From NCBI RefSeq assembly GCF_009914755.1, contig NC_060926.1: DNA of 64,000 nt. One strand, 5' to 3'. A program made the position numbers and the translations under genes. The stretch comes from the human T2T-CHM13v2.0 reference genome, Homo sapiens. Below the pieces are notes generated by a model. The model made no database searches and was not told the DNA's origin. It saw only the letters and a list, made by a program, of their open reading frames with translations. Below are positions 26,241 to 40,700 of the stretch, piece after piece; the first letter of the stretch is position 1; each line of letters begins with the position of its first letter.

Positions 26241-27217
26241 TTTTGTTTTTATTTCCATAGATTATTGGGGAACAAGTGGTGTTTGGTTACATGAGTAAGT
26301 TCTTTAATGGCAATTTATAAGATTTTGGTGCACTCATAACCGGAGCATTATACACTACACCCAATTTGTAGTCTCTTCTTCCTCACCACCTTCCCACCCT
26401 TTCTCTCTGAGTCTCCAAAATCCCTTCTGTCATTCTTATGCCTTTTCATCCTCATAGCTGAGCTCCCACTTATGAGTGAGAACATACAATGTTTGGTTTT
26501 CCATTCCTGAGTTACTTCACTTAGAATGATGGTTTCCATTCTTTTCCAATTGGCTGCAAATGCCATTAATTCATTCCTTTCTATGGCTGAGTAGTATTCC
26601 ATCATATACATACACCACAGTTTCCTTATCCACTCATTGATTGATGGGCATTTGGGCTGGCTCCACATTTTTGCTATTGTGAATTGTGCTGCTATAAACA
26701 TGTGTGTGCAAGTATCTTTTTAAAATAATTACTTCTTTTCCTCTGGGTAGATACCCAGTAGTGGGATTGCTGTGTTAAATGGTAGTTCTATTTTTAGTTC
26801 TTTAAGGAATCTCCACACTGTTTTCCATAGCGGTTGTACTAGTTTCCATTCCCACCAGCAGTGTAGAAGTATTCCCTTTTCACTGCATCCACGTCAACAT
26901 CTAATTTTTTAATTTTTTTTTATTATGTCCATCCTTACTGGAGTTAGGTGATATTGCATTGTGATTTTTATTTGCATTTCCCTGATCACTACTGATGTTG
27001 AGCATTTTTTCATACGTTTGTTGGCCATTCGTATATCTTGTTTTGATGATTGTCTATTCATGTCCTTAGCCCACTTTTTGATGGGATTGTTTCTCTTTTT
27101 TCTTGCTAATTCGTTTGAGTTCATTGTAGATTCTGGATAGTAGTCCTTTGTCAGATGTATAGATTTTGGAGATTTCTCCCAGTCTGTGAGTTGTCTGTTT
27201 ACTGACTTCCTTTTGCC
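26241..27217 (-). mobile_element. L1PB1-like 3' end
   Basis: ttattggggaacaagtggtgtttggttacatgagtaagttcttta; ORF 26348-26701 (QFTIAKMWSQPKCPSINEW...ILSEVTQEWKTKH). Confidence 0.92.
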
Positions 27218-28610
27218 TTAAATCTCATAGTACCTATAGAACAAAAATACTTTTTTAAAGAAAGACAAAAAAACCAAGGTATACAGGCAACAAATAGCAT
27301 GATGAATGTAATGGTACCTCACATTTCAATACTAATGTTGAATGTAAGCGGCCTAAATGCTCTGCATAAAAGATACAAAATTGCAGAATAGACAAGAATT
27401 TACCAACCAACTATCTGCTGCCTTTGAGACACATCTAACAAATAAGGATGCATATAAACTTAAGGTAAAGGGGTGGAAAAAGAAATTCCATTCAAATGGA
27501 CAACAAAAGTGAGCAGGCCTTTTCTAACAGGGAAATATCACAATCCTAAATATATATGCACCTAACATACTGGAGTTCCCAAATTTATAAAGCAATTGCT
27601 AATAGACCTAAGAAGTGAGATAGACAGCAACACAATAATAGTGGGGGACTTCAGTACTCCACTGACAGCCCTAGACAGGTCGTCAAGACAGAAAGTCAAC
27701 CAAGAGACAATGGATTTAAACTATACCTTAGCACAAATGGATTTACAGATATTTACAGAACACCTATCCAACAACCACAGAATATACATTCTATTCAACA
27801 GTGCATGGAAGTTTCTCCAGGGTAGACCATATTTTAGGCCACAAAATGAGCCTAAATAAATTAAAGAAATGTGAAATTGTATCAAGCACTCTCCCAGACG
27901 ACAGTGGAATAAAACTCGAAATCAACTTCAAAACAAACATTCAAAACCATGCAAATACATGGAAATTAAATAATCTGCTCCTCATTAAGCACTAGGTCAG
28001 AAACAAAATCAAGGTGGAAATTAAAAATTTATTTGAACCAAATGGCAATAGTGACACAACCTAGCAAAACCTCTGCAGTACAACAAAGGTGGTGCTAAGA
28101 GGAAAGTTGATACACCTAAATGCTTACATCAAAAAGTCTGAAAGAGTACAAACAGACAATCTAAGGTCACACCTCAAGGAACTAGAGAAAAAAAGAACAA
28201 ATCAAACCCAAACCCAGCAGAAGAAAGGAAATAACCAGGATCAGAGTAGAAATAAATGAAACTGAAACAACAAAAAGATACAAAAGATAAATGAAACAAA
28301 AAGCTGGTTCTTTGAAAAGATAAATAAAATTGATAGACCTTTATCAAGTTTAACCAAGAAAAGAAGAGAGAAAATCCAAATAACCTCACTAAGAAATGAA
28401 ACAGGATATATTACAACTAACACTGCTGAAATAAAAAAGACCATGCAAGGCTACTATGAACACCTTTATGTGCACAAACTAGAAAACCTAGAAGAGATGG
28501 ATAAATTTCTGGAAAGATACAGCCCTCCTAGCTTAAATCAGGAATAATTAGATGCCCTGAACAGACCAATAACAATCAGAGAGATTGAAATGGTTATTAA
28601 AAAATTACCA
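27218..28610 (+). mobile_element. L1PB inter-ORF / ORF2 endonuclease segment, inverted relative to its neighbours
   Basis: ORFs 27596 (NTIIVGDFSTPLTALDRSSRQK) and 27801 (HGSFSRVDHILGHK) are the L1 APE endonuclease domain on +. Confidence 0.92.
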
Positions 28611-30672
28611 TGTCGAATGCTTTTTTTTTTACATCTATTGAGATGATCGTGTGATTTGTTTTTAATTCTGTTTATGTGGTGAATCACATTTATTGACTCG
28701 CATATGTTATGCCATCCCTGTATCCCTGGTATGAAACCCACTTGATCATGTTGGATTATCTTTTTGATATGTTGTTGGATTCAATTAGCTAGTATTGTGT
28801 TAAGGATTTTAGTATCTGTGTTCATCAAGGCTATCGGTCTGTAGTTTCCTTTTTTGGTTATGTCCATTCCTGGTTTTGGTATTAGGGTGATACTGACTTC
28901 ATAAAATGATTTAGGGAGGATTCGTTATTTCTTTATCTTGTGGGATAGTGTCAATAGGATTAGTACCAATTCTTCTTTGAATGGCTGGTAGGATTCTGCT
29001 ATGAATCTGTCTGGTCCTGGAATTTTGTTGTTGTTGTTGTCGGTAATTTTTCAATTACCATTTCAATCTTGTTGCTTGTTATTGGTCTGTTCGGGTTATC
29101 CAGTTCTTCCTGGTTTAAGCTAGGAGGGCTGTATTTTTCCAGGAATTTATCCATCTCTTCTAGGTTTTCTAGTTTATGTGCATAAAAGTGTTCATAGTGG
29201 CCTTGAATGATCTTTTTATTTCAGTAGTGTCAAAGAACAAACTTTTTGTTTCATTTATCTTTTGTATCTTTTTGTTGTTGTTGTTTCAATTTCATTTATT
29301 TCTGCTCTGATCTTGGTTATTTCCTTCCTTCTGCTGGGTTTGGTTTTGGTTTCTTCTTGTTTCTCTAGTTCCTTGAGGTGTGTCCTTAGAATGTCAGTTT
29401 GTGCTCTTTCAGTCTTTTTGATGTAGGCATTTAGGGCTATGAACTTTCCCCTTAGCATCGACTTTGCTGTATCCCAGAGGTTGGGGTAGGTTGTGTCATT
29501 ACTGTTGTTCAATTTGAAGAATTCTTTAATTTCTATCTTGATTTTGTTTTTGACCCAATGCTTATTCAGGGTCAGGTTATTTAATTTCCATATACTTCCA
29601 TGGTTTTGAATATTTTTTTGAGGGGTTGATTTCCAGCTTTATTCCACTGTGGTCTGAAGAGTGCTTGATATAACTTCAATTTTTTTAATTTATTGAGGCT
29701 TGTTTTATGGCCTATCATATGGTCTATGTTGAAGAAATTTCTATGCACTGTTGAATAGAATGTGTATTCTGCAGTTGTTGGATGAAATGTTCTGTATATA
29801 TCTGATGAGTTCATTTGTTCCAAGGTATAGTTTAAATCAATTGTTTCTTTGTTGACTTTTTGTCTTCATGACCTGCCTAGTGCCATCAGTGGAGTATTGA
29901 AGTCCCTCACTATTATTGTGTTTCTGTCTATCTTATTTCTTAGGTCTATTGGTAATTGTTTTATAAGTTTAGGAGCTCCAGATTTAGGTGCATATATGTT
30001 TAAGATTGTGTTATTTTCCTGTTGGAGAAGGCTTTTTACCATTATATATTGTTCCTCTTTGTCTCTTTTAACCACTGTTGCTTTAAAGTTTGTTTTGTCT
30101 GATATAAAGAATAGCTACCCCTGCTTGCTTTTGTTGTCCATTTGCATGAAATGCCTTTTTTCTTCCCTTTAAGTTTATATGAGTCTGTGTGTTAGGTGAG
30201 TCCCCTGATGGCAGCAGATAGTTGGTTTGTGAGTTCTTTTCCATTCTGCAGTTCTGCCTCTTTTAAGTGGAGCATTTAGGCCATTTACACTCAACATTAG
30301 TATTGAAATGTGAGGTACCATTCCATTCATCATGCTATTTGTTGCCTGTTACATACAATGTTAGTATTGAGATGTGAGGTACTGTTGCATTCATCATGCT
30401 ATTTGTTTCCTGTGTACCTTGGATTTTTTGCTCTTTGTTTTTGGGTTTTTACTTATATTTTTGTTTTATAAGTCCTCTGTGATTTATGCTTTAAAGAGTT
30501 TCTGTTTTGATGTGCTTCCAGGATGCGTTTCAAGATTTAGAGCTTCTTTTAGCAGTTCTTATAGTTGTGGCTTGGTAGTGGTGACTTATCTCAGCATTTG
30601 TTTGTCTGAAAAAGACTGTATCTTTCTTTCATATATAATGCTTAGTTTCAGTGTATACAAAATTCATGGCTG

Positions 30673-30729
<57 letters not shown>

Positions 30730-31960
30730 GATAGGGCCCCAATCCCTTCTCCCTTGTAGGGTTTCTGCTGAGAAATCTGCTTTTAATCTGATAGTCTTTC
30801 CTTTATAGGTTACCTGGTTCTTTTGTCTGACAGCTCTTAAGATTCTTTCCTTCATCTTAACTTTAGATAACCTGATAACAATGTGCCTAGGTAATGATAT
30901 TTTTGCAATGAATCTCCCAGGTGTTCTTTGTGCTTTTTTTTATTTTGATATCTAGGTCTCTAGCAAGGCCAGGGATATTTTCCTCGATTATTCCCCCAAA
31001 TATATTTTCCAAACTTTTAGATTTTTCTTCTTTTTCAGGAACACCAATTATTCATAAGTTTGGTCATTTAACATAATCCCAAACTTCTTGGAGGCTTTGT
31101 TCATATTTTCTTATTTTTTTCTTTATCTTTGTTGGATTGGGTTAATTTGAATACTTGTCTTTGAGCTCTGAATTTCTTTCTTTACTTGTTCAATTCTATT
31201 GCTGAGATTTTCCAGAGCAGTTTGCATTTCTATAAGTGTTTCCAATGTTTCCTGAAGTTTGATTGTTTTTTCTTTATGCTATTTCCTTGAATGTTTCTCT
31301 CTTCACTTCTTGTATTATATTTTGGTTTTCCTTGCATTGGGCTTCACCTTTCTCTGGTTCCTTCCTGATTAGCTAAATAACTAACCTCCTGAATTCTTTC
31401 TCAGATAAATCAGGGATTTCCTCTTGGTTTGGATCCATTGCTGGTGAATTAGTGTGATTTTTGGGGGTGTTAAAAAGCCTTGTTTTGTCATATTTCCAGA
31501 GTTGGTTTTTTGGTTCCTTCTCATTTGAGTAGGCTACGTCAGAGGGAAGGTCTAGGGTTGAAGGCTGTAGTTCAGATCCTTTTGTCCCACAGGGTGTTCC
31601 CTTGATGTTGTAGTCTCCTCCTTTTCCTATGTATATGGCTTCTTGTGAACCAAGCTGCAATGATTGCTGTCTCTGTTCTCGGTCTAGCCACTCAGCAAGT
31701 CTCTCTGGTACCGCGGGCTGTCAGCACAGAGTCCTGTGATATGAATCGTCTGTAGGTCTCTCAGCCATGGATACCAGCACAGTATTTGGTGTGTCTCCCA
31801 GGTCCTGGAGGAGCACTCTAGAGGGTCTGTGGGTCCTTTGGAGATTGCTGGTTTGTTCTTGCATCAATATGGAGCTAAAATTCATGATGCCAGCCTCCAC
31901 TCACTGCTGTCTGTCCCAGTCAGAGCTGCAATCTAGTTCTGCCTCTCATCCGCCATGATG
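28611..31960 (-). mobile_element. L1PB 5' half (ORF2 N-terminal part, ORF1, 5'UTR)
   Basis: Minus ORFs: [66 protein letters not shown] (ORF1), AMDPNQEEIPDLSEKEFRRLVI (ORF1 N-terminal region). Confidence 0.92.
30678..30727. repeat. (TG)25 perfect microsatellite
   Basis: Directly visible within L1 ORF1. Confidence 0.97.
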
Positions 31961-31974
31961 ATTCCTGATGCACC

Positions 31975-34900
31975 GATTGATTTTTTTTAATGTCAAACTA
32001 GCCTTGCATACTCATATAAGCCCCACTTAGTGATGGTGTATTATGTTATTTTATATATTGTATTCTATGTTTTGAAGTTTTTTTGCATTATGTACCTGAA
32101 ATATATTAAGCTACAGTTTTCCTTCCTTATCATATTGTAATCTGGATTTGGCATTAGAGTAACGATGGTTAAGAAGGCATTAGCAAGTATCTTCTACTTC
32201 TTCTTTTTTTTTGAAACAAGGTTTCACTCCTGTTGCCCAAGCTGCAGTGAAGTAGTGCAATCACAGCTCACTGTAACCTCCACCTCCCTAGGCTCAGATG
32301 ATCCTTTCACTTCAAACTACCAAGTAGCTGGAACCACAGGCACACACCGTTATGCCTGGCTACTATTTTTATTTATTTTTTTCTTTTTTTGTATGTGTAG
32401 AGATAAGGTTTTGCCATGTTGCGCCAGGCTGGTCTCGAACTCCTGAGCTCAAGCCATCTGCCTGCCTCAGGCTCCCAAAATGCTGGGATTACAGGCGTGA
32501 GCCACTGCAGTTAGCCAGCAATTGTTTTCTATGCTTCTGCTTTATGGAAGAGATTATGATTACTATCAATTGCCTTAAGTGTGGGGAGAATTTGTAAGTG
32601 AAATCTATGTGGTCCTGATGCTTTTTTTATGTGAAAGTTATTAATTATTACGTATATGATCTATTTTTTTTCTTTTGTGTGAGTTTTGGTAGTTTGTGTC
32701 TTTCAAGGTATTGTTGTATCTAAGTTATCAGATATGGGCATAGAAATGTTCATAATATCACTTATTATCTTGTTAAAAGTGATGTGATTACTAGTGATGA
32801 CCTCTCATTCACTTCTCATATATGTAACTTGTGTCTTTTGTCCTTTCTTCTTGGTTTAACTGGGTTAAATTTATGAATTTTCTTACTCTTCATAAAACTA
32901 GATTTTCATGTTCTTATTTTCTCTATTGTTTTCCTTCTTTCAGTAAGTCTTGCTGAAATTCTCATTGAAGTATTTTTTAAGTATTATTATTATTGCTTTT
33001 CTTCTGCCTTATTTAGGGTTAAATTGTTCTTTTTAATTACTTTAATTGTTGAAGCTTAGATTATTGATTTTATTTACTTTTCTAATATATACATTCAATA
33101 CTATATATTTACTCAAAGAACTGCTTTAGTCATATCTCCCACATTAAGTTGCATTTTCTTTTTTATTTCAAAATATTTTTAAAATATCTCAAGACTTTTT
33201 CTTTGACCTGTATGTTACTTAAAAGTATTTTTTGGATCTTCAAATACTTATAGATTTTCTAGCTATCTCTTAATTTCTAGTTTACTTTTGTTTTAGTTTG
33301 AAAATATTGTACAATTTTTTTATTTTTTAGAGTTTGTAATCTAAATTTTTAACTAGTCTAAGTCCCTCATCCAATAATACCATACTCTTCACATGTAGTG
33401 TTGATACTTTATAAAAAAGCATACCTAATTTTTCACTCCCATCACTTATGATATTTCTAGAGTTCATTTTATTTATTTATAAACCATATAACCACCCAAT
33501 ATATAGTCAATTTACTTTAATCAGTCAGTTATCAATTAAGAATAAGAGAAAGAAAATATATCTTTTATATTTATTCTTTATTAGATGCATTTTTTAAATG
33601 TAGATCTGAGTTTCTGAACTGTGTCATTGTCATTTTTATTCTCCTTGAATAATTCTTTAATATTTCCTGCAGTACAAGTCTATTGGTGATGACTTTCATC
33701 AGTTTTTATATTGTTGAGAATGTTTGTTTCTCCTTCTCTTTTGAAGGGTAAGTTTGCCTGACGTAGAACTCTAGGATTCTGTTTGTTTCAACACGTCAAA
33801 TATTTCACTTCACTCTTCTTTAATGCCTAATTTCTGTTGACAATTGTCTACAATTCTTGTTCTTTAATCGGTATTGTGTTTCATCTTTTGACTTTTTTGT
33901 GTTTTTATATTTCTTCAGCTTGAATATAATAAATGCTTAAGTGTAGAAGTTTTGCTATTTATCCTGCTTGGTGTTCTCTGAATTTCTGTATCTGAGATTT
34001 GTTATCTGTCAAAATTTTGGAAAATTCTTGGCCATAATTACTTGTAGTATTTCTTCCATTCTTTTCTTTCTTTATTCTATGTCTGGATTTCCAATTAACA
34101 TAAGTTAACACCATTTAAAATAGTCTCACAATTTTTCAATGTTCTGTTCTATTTTTGTCATTCTTTTTCTTTTTGCAATTTCATTTGGTAAGTGTCTATT
34201 AACATATCTTCAAGCACACTGATTCTTTCTTGGGATATTTCTGATCTATTGATGATCTCTCCAAAGACATTCTTCATTTCTGTAACAGCATTCATGACTT
34301 CATTCATTTCCTTTTGATTCTTAGAGTTTTTACGTTTCTGCTTACATAAACCATATGCTTTGCATGTTATTTTTTTGTCTTTGATTACATTAACAACGTA
34401 ACAGCTATTTTAAATTCCTGTTTGGTAATTCCAAAATCTGTATAGCATAAATAACAGTATACTTCTGATGCTTGCTTTGTCTCTTCAGAGTGTAGATTTT
34501 CTTGCCTTTTTGTCTGCATTGTAATTTCTTATTGAAATCTGGGTATTATGTTAGGAGCGATGGAAATGGGGAAATATGCCTTTAGTGTGAGGTTTTATGT
34601 TAATCTTGCTAGGAGTTGGACTGTGTTTAACATTGCTGTAGCTGTAGGTGTCAGAGGCTTCAAATGTCTAGCACCCTGTTGTCCGGGGGCTTGCTTGACA
34701 ACCACTCATTAGGTCGAGGCTGAATATTGTAGCTCTTTAAGCTGTAATCCACTTTTATTATTCAAGAGACCTGTTCATGGTAGTAAGGTGCCGAAGAAAG
34801 GGTACCTTTCAGAATCCTGTGATTAAATCTTAGCCTTGTATTGGCCTTTGTCCCTAGTATGTGAATTTCACAAGTTTTGCTTCACCTTCTCCTGCTCATC

Positions 34901-35430
34901 TCACTTAGGAGAGACATGAAAGTTACAGAGGGTTGAAATTGGGCAAAGGCTGTCTACCCAAGTAAAGTTAGGCTCTGCTCAAGTCTTTTTCACTGGAAAG
35001 TAAACCTTTGTTATGTAGATTACCCTTCAGAGTTTAAAAGCACTTCAGAGTTTTTCTGGGCCCTTTATTGGAGAATATCGTTGTGTCCTTTAAGGTAAAA
35101 TCCACAAATATGTGGAAACTGCTAAGACTGTGGCCTTCAGAAGTTTCTCACTCATGTTCTAACTCACATTCAAACACAACTAATTTATCAAAATTACCAT
35201 TTAACTGTTCATAACAGTTTATGTGTCTGGTGGCAGTTGCTCCAAGTAAGCAGATTTCAACTGTGACTCTCTGAGATCACTTCTTTCTCCAGATTTTGGG
35301 GTGACAGTTTGCCCTACAACTTCAATTCTCTGATGAGTGCAAGGGAAGCAGTTGAATTTAGTTTGTTCAGCTTTTTTACTTCTTGGAATAGTATCTTCCA
35401 AACCCTATATGAGAAAGCTAAAATAAGAAT
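31975..35430 (-). mobile_element. Old L1M (probably the continuation of the L1MC at 24175): ORF2 remnants, ORF1 and 5' region
   Basis: tgattttttttaatgtcaaactagccttgcatactc (ORF2), aaatatttcacttcactctctt (ORF1), gtgacagtttgccctacaacttcaattctctgatg (L1M 5' end). Confidence 0.75.
32200..32516 (-). mobile_element. AluJ
   Basis: Diverged dimer with J diagnostics (atcacagctcactg, ggctcagatgatcct, ggttttgccatgttg, ctcctgagctcaagc). Confidence 0.92.
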
Positions 35431-35544
35431 TCCCTGCTCATACAGTTTTAATTATTTTTAAATACTTGCCATTAATCTTCCAAATAAATTACATTTCTTA
35501 ATATCACCCAATTAGGAGTCATTACTGTGTCCTGATCAAAAGGA

Positions 35545-35770
35545 TGAACTTTGTACTCAGACTTTAGATGTAAATCATGACTTCTGCATGAGCTAGATAT
35601 CTAGCCTTAGGAAAGTGATTTTACTTCTTAAGGTTCAACCTTCCAATCTGTAAAATGAGTACAAGTCACTGACTAGTAAGGTTATAGAAAGATTTATTAA
35701 AGTAAACCATATGAGTTATCTGAAATATAGTAAACTAAGCCCTAAATAAATATTAACTATTAATATTTGC
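35545..35770 (+). mobile_element. MIR
   Basis: ccttaggaaagtgattttacttct...tccaatctgtaaaatgag...taaataaatattaactatta. Confidence 0.75.
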
Positions 35771-35804
35771 TATTATAACTAGTTTCATTATTACTATCAC
35801 CCTA

Positions 35805-36240
35805 TTAGAGCCACATTGGCACGTTATTGTTTCTTGAGCATATCAGGTACTTCTCCTTCAGCCTTTGCAGTGTCTGTTTCCTCTACCTAAAGTGCTCTTC
35901 AGGAGTTAACTGCATGAATAACTTCCTCATCTCTTTCAAGTCATATTCTAGTCTCTTTAAATGTCATATTCTCATTGACGCCCACCCTGACTGCCATATT
36001 TATAATTGCAACACCCATCATTCTTTATTATACTTTTGATACCCCTTGCCTTCCTTTATATTCACATAGCATTTATTTTTTTCTAACTTTTTTTAATTGT
36101 TTTTATTGTCTTTCTTTTTCCTCTCTATTTGAACTACATGAGCAAAGGGTTTTGTGTTTATCTAAGCATCTCCAAATACTGTCCAGAACTATATGTGAAT
36201 TATCATATGTGCTAGATACCCTGTTGTTGAAAATTTGAAT
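35805..36240 (+). mobile_element. L2a-like 3' end
   Basis: gccacattggc...tgtttcttgagcatatcagg...gcctttgcagtgtctgtttcctctacctaaagtgctctt...tgttgaaaatttgaat. Confidence 0.75.
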
Positions 36241-36300
36241 TCTGCTGAACAACACCTACATAAGAAAGAAACATTTATTTACAGATTGTGGGCATGAAAT

Positions 36301-37018
<718 letters not shown>

Positions 37019-37087
37019 GAGACAGTATATTTGGCATCACTGTTTAAGCATTTGGCAAATTGTGTCCGGATGTATCTGAAATAATTA

Positions 37088-37252
37088 TGCTGCTACTCAA
37101 AATCTGGTCTCTGCATAAGCAGCATGAACATCATCCAGAAACATTTTAGAAATGCAGAATCTCAGGTCCCACACTCAAGTAATTGAATTAAATATGCATT
37201 TTAACAAGATCTTAAGTTGTTTCATATGCACATTGTAGTTTGAAAAGTCTTG
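37088..37252. mobile_element. MER5B-like MITE
   Basis: tgctactcaaa...ttagaaatgcagaatctcaggtcccac...tgcattttaacaagatc...atatgcacatt...agtttgaaaag. Confidence 0.8.
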
Positions 37253-37574
37253 ATGTAGAAATAGAATGGAGCAGAAACTAGATAATGCAGAGAAATTAAA
37301 CAGCTATAAAATTGGAAACCAAAAGACAAGTGTTACAGAATTTTATGAAAATGTGTGGTAGGAAATTTACAAAAATTGAAAAAGCAAAGAAGGGTGAGTA
37401 GTTTAATGTATCCAGGAAATACAACTCAGAAAATCTATGGGGAAAGAAAAGCTTGATCAAGTGAGTTATATCAAGTGCGTTATACAGCAACAGGAAGAAG
37501 AAAATCACCCTATAAATATAGCCGTACACTTCGCTAGGATTAGCTATAGCTATATCTATCTTCTTTAACTCCAG

Positions 37575-37748
37575 ACAGATCTGGAATACATAAGACTCAC
37601 TTGGAGGTCTTGTTAAAATCATATTTCTATGTATACCCGCAGATTTTCTGATTTAGTAGGTATGGGACAGGCTACAGAGGTTTTATTTCTAACATGTTCC
37701 CACATAAGGTTGATGCTTCTGGTCCAGGGACCACACTGAGAGGACATT
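37575..37748. mobile_element. MER5A MITE
   Basis: tcacttggaggtcttgttaaaa...tttctgatttagtagg...atttctaacatgttccca...gatgcttctggtccagggaccacact. Confidence 0.8.
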
Positions 37749-40700
37749 TTCCTTACAGCTATTCAGAGCATTTATCTAGATATACTAATAAACAAGAAAC
37801 ATAAAAGCTTAAGTTCCTTGAATTACAATTTTCCTTAAGAACCTCCTTCTCAGTTTTAACAGGGTCTATCATATTATTTTTTCTGCTTTTAAGAAAAACA
37901 GGTAATAGTAGAAATGAAAGCAAACTTTAGGTGTGAAATATCTGTATCTCTGTGTTCATAACATTCTTAAGATATCTTAATATTTCTAATAGTTGAACAG
38001 TGCCTTCTGTCTTTAACTTACAAATGATATAATGTCTTAGTACTGTATATGCTTAATTGGTAATGTCAGGTATTTATGTCTAGAGATGTAGTTTTGGAAT
38101 ATGCTTGTTAAATGAATGTTACTGAATGCAATCTCAAACCACTTACTGTACTTTAGTTGGGAATAGCAGGCTATTCCAGCCCTCATAATCATTTTCTAAA
38201 TATTTCAGAGCCTTCCTCAAGAATATCACCAAAGGAAAAGTAAGGAGATCTTAGGGGGAAAAAACAGTCACTTTATTATTGTGGTCAAAATGTTTGAATT
38301 GCTTTGAAATTTAAAAAGAGAGAGACTTTCAAAAAGATTTTAACCTCTTTTTCAGAATAGGTAGTTCAAACTTAAAAACTAGAAGCCATTAGCAATTGAA
38401 CTAAGGAAACGTGCAAATATTTGAGGAGTTTGAGATTTTGACATTTATTAAAATGTGAGGCAAGGATTAAAGAAAAATACTGGGTTATTAAGTTATTGAG
38501 CCAAGGACTTTGTCTTCTCTGAGACATCCAGGAAGTAAGTCTGTTATAAGAAATTATGAATCTAACCAAGAAAGAGAAGCTTATTATATCAATAGTGAGG
38601 ATTCTTAGCATTTGCACATATTATCTACAATTCTGTAGAGGATCAAGAAGCTGAACTAGGACTTTGAAAATGTTTAATAATCTCCGAACCAAACAAACAT
38701 AGAAGACAAATTTATATCAAAGGAAGTTAAAAAAAATCCACTTTGTTTCCCCGGGATATTTATAGTCAGAAAAAAAATTATTTTTTTGTATCCATCACTA
38801 TTGACTTTAGAAGCCAATTAATAAATGGCATTGAATAAGTAGGCAACCTCTGACAACTTAGAATAGAGCAGTGAGTTCTCTAGAGCACTGCAGGAAGGAA
38901 AACACCTGTAACTTCTGCTGGCAAAAATTTCATACTCTTATACATTCGTAGTCTTTTTCCCTCGTGTCTTTATTTTTCTTTATTGGGGATCAATAATAGA
39001 AATATAGAAATTTAATATGTTTTTTAGAATGCATACAATTTTAGTCAAATAAATAAATGTGTGTTTATTTAATTTGGATATAAACATTTCATCAACATTT
39101 AAAAAACTGATTTCTTAATTATATTTCTCTTCGGAATACAATTATTTATGGTTTGATAGGTGCTACTAATTGATCATCACAATCAGGAATGATGAGCAAG
39201 AAATATTTTTTCAAGCCAGATAAAATAATAGGACAAATTGTCATGACATAAATGTAATAACTGTAGATATTGTTTAATATACAGTCACATTGTTTAATAT
39301 ACAGACATATTTCCTAGAAAGTGTCACTATCATTAAGTAATGCATATTGTATATTAATATGTGACATACATCATCCCTACAATTTGTGTACTCTTAGGCT
39401 AAAGGATTACTTTTATTTTTACAAAAGTACTAAAAACCGTGCTACAGTCTAACATTTCACTGAAACTGAGTTCTACTAAAACAGATAAAGATCTTTTCTA
39501 AAAGAAAAAATTAATTTGTTTATAAGATTATTAGTGACTAAAAAGATAAATATTAAGTATATTAAAGTCTTTATTTAAATAGAACAGAAGTTGCATTGTC
39601 ATATTTGTATGAAAATTCTATTGAATTATCAAAAGTCAAGAAAGAAATTATGTTTATGTATTTTATTTTCACTGATGAGGAAACATTAGTATGACTAGTG
39701 TTATATTGTCTCTGCTCTTTTCAGATAGCCCCTGTCCAACTTGGCATAGTCTTTACCTTGAATATTTTGAAAAAAAAAACTAGACTAAATATGTGTATCA
39801 GACCTAAATCAGAAGCAAAGAAAACATTGTAACATTCACTCCAATCATATTACTATTCCTGTCCTGTAAAAATAGAATGCTAGAAAATAAAATTGCAGGA
39901 CGCAAAGCCTAGTGTCAACTTGTCATCATGTTACATTTAAGGTAGTTATTAAAATAATTATGCTATCAACTTGTGAAGTTTGGATGCACCAAATTTAGCA
40001 ACCTGGGTTAATTGTTTGCCATTTTCTGTTGAGTGAAAGAAAGAAATGAAAGGGGGTGAAGGGATAGATGTGAAGGGATAGATGAAGCTACATGTTTTAG
40101 AGGTATTAATACACATAAAGATTTTCTATCAAAATACAATGAAAAATCATTCTCAGCATGAATAGTGAATAAATGAAGGCTGGTTGTTGAACTTAGATTC
40201 TTTTTTTGTCTTCAAAATCAGGAATAAAGCACCTGTCTAATTATCTGCAGTGATGGAAGAAAAGCTGAGAAAATGCTGTTTTAAAAAATGCAAGAAAGCA
40301 AATTTGACCTTGAATAATATAACTACTTTTTGACATTAAACAGAACAAGTCCCATAGAGTCTTTTTTTTCCCAATTGGTTTGAATTATGGACTGATGAGT
40401 AAGACTGTCATTGTGGAATCTAATGTGTATTGTTTATAATTAAGTTTCCAATACAGCAGTATAGACTAGGAAAAACACATATTAAGGCATTCATTTTTCT
40501 AGCTGCTTCTTTTGGCCTTGAATATTTGTACAAAGACCAATATTATTTAGAGAAAGGGCAAGAAATAGACTTGTATCCAATATTCTATTTAGAATACAGA
40601 TTAAATTTGAATAATTATTTGGTTCTGAACCGTAATCATACTATAGGCTTTTTTCATAATTTAATTTGTTTATATTTTAAAAATGTGTTTTCTTTGGATT

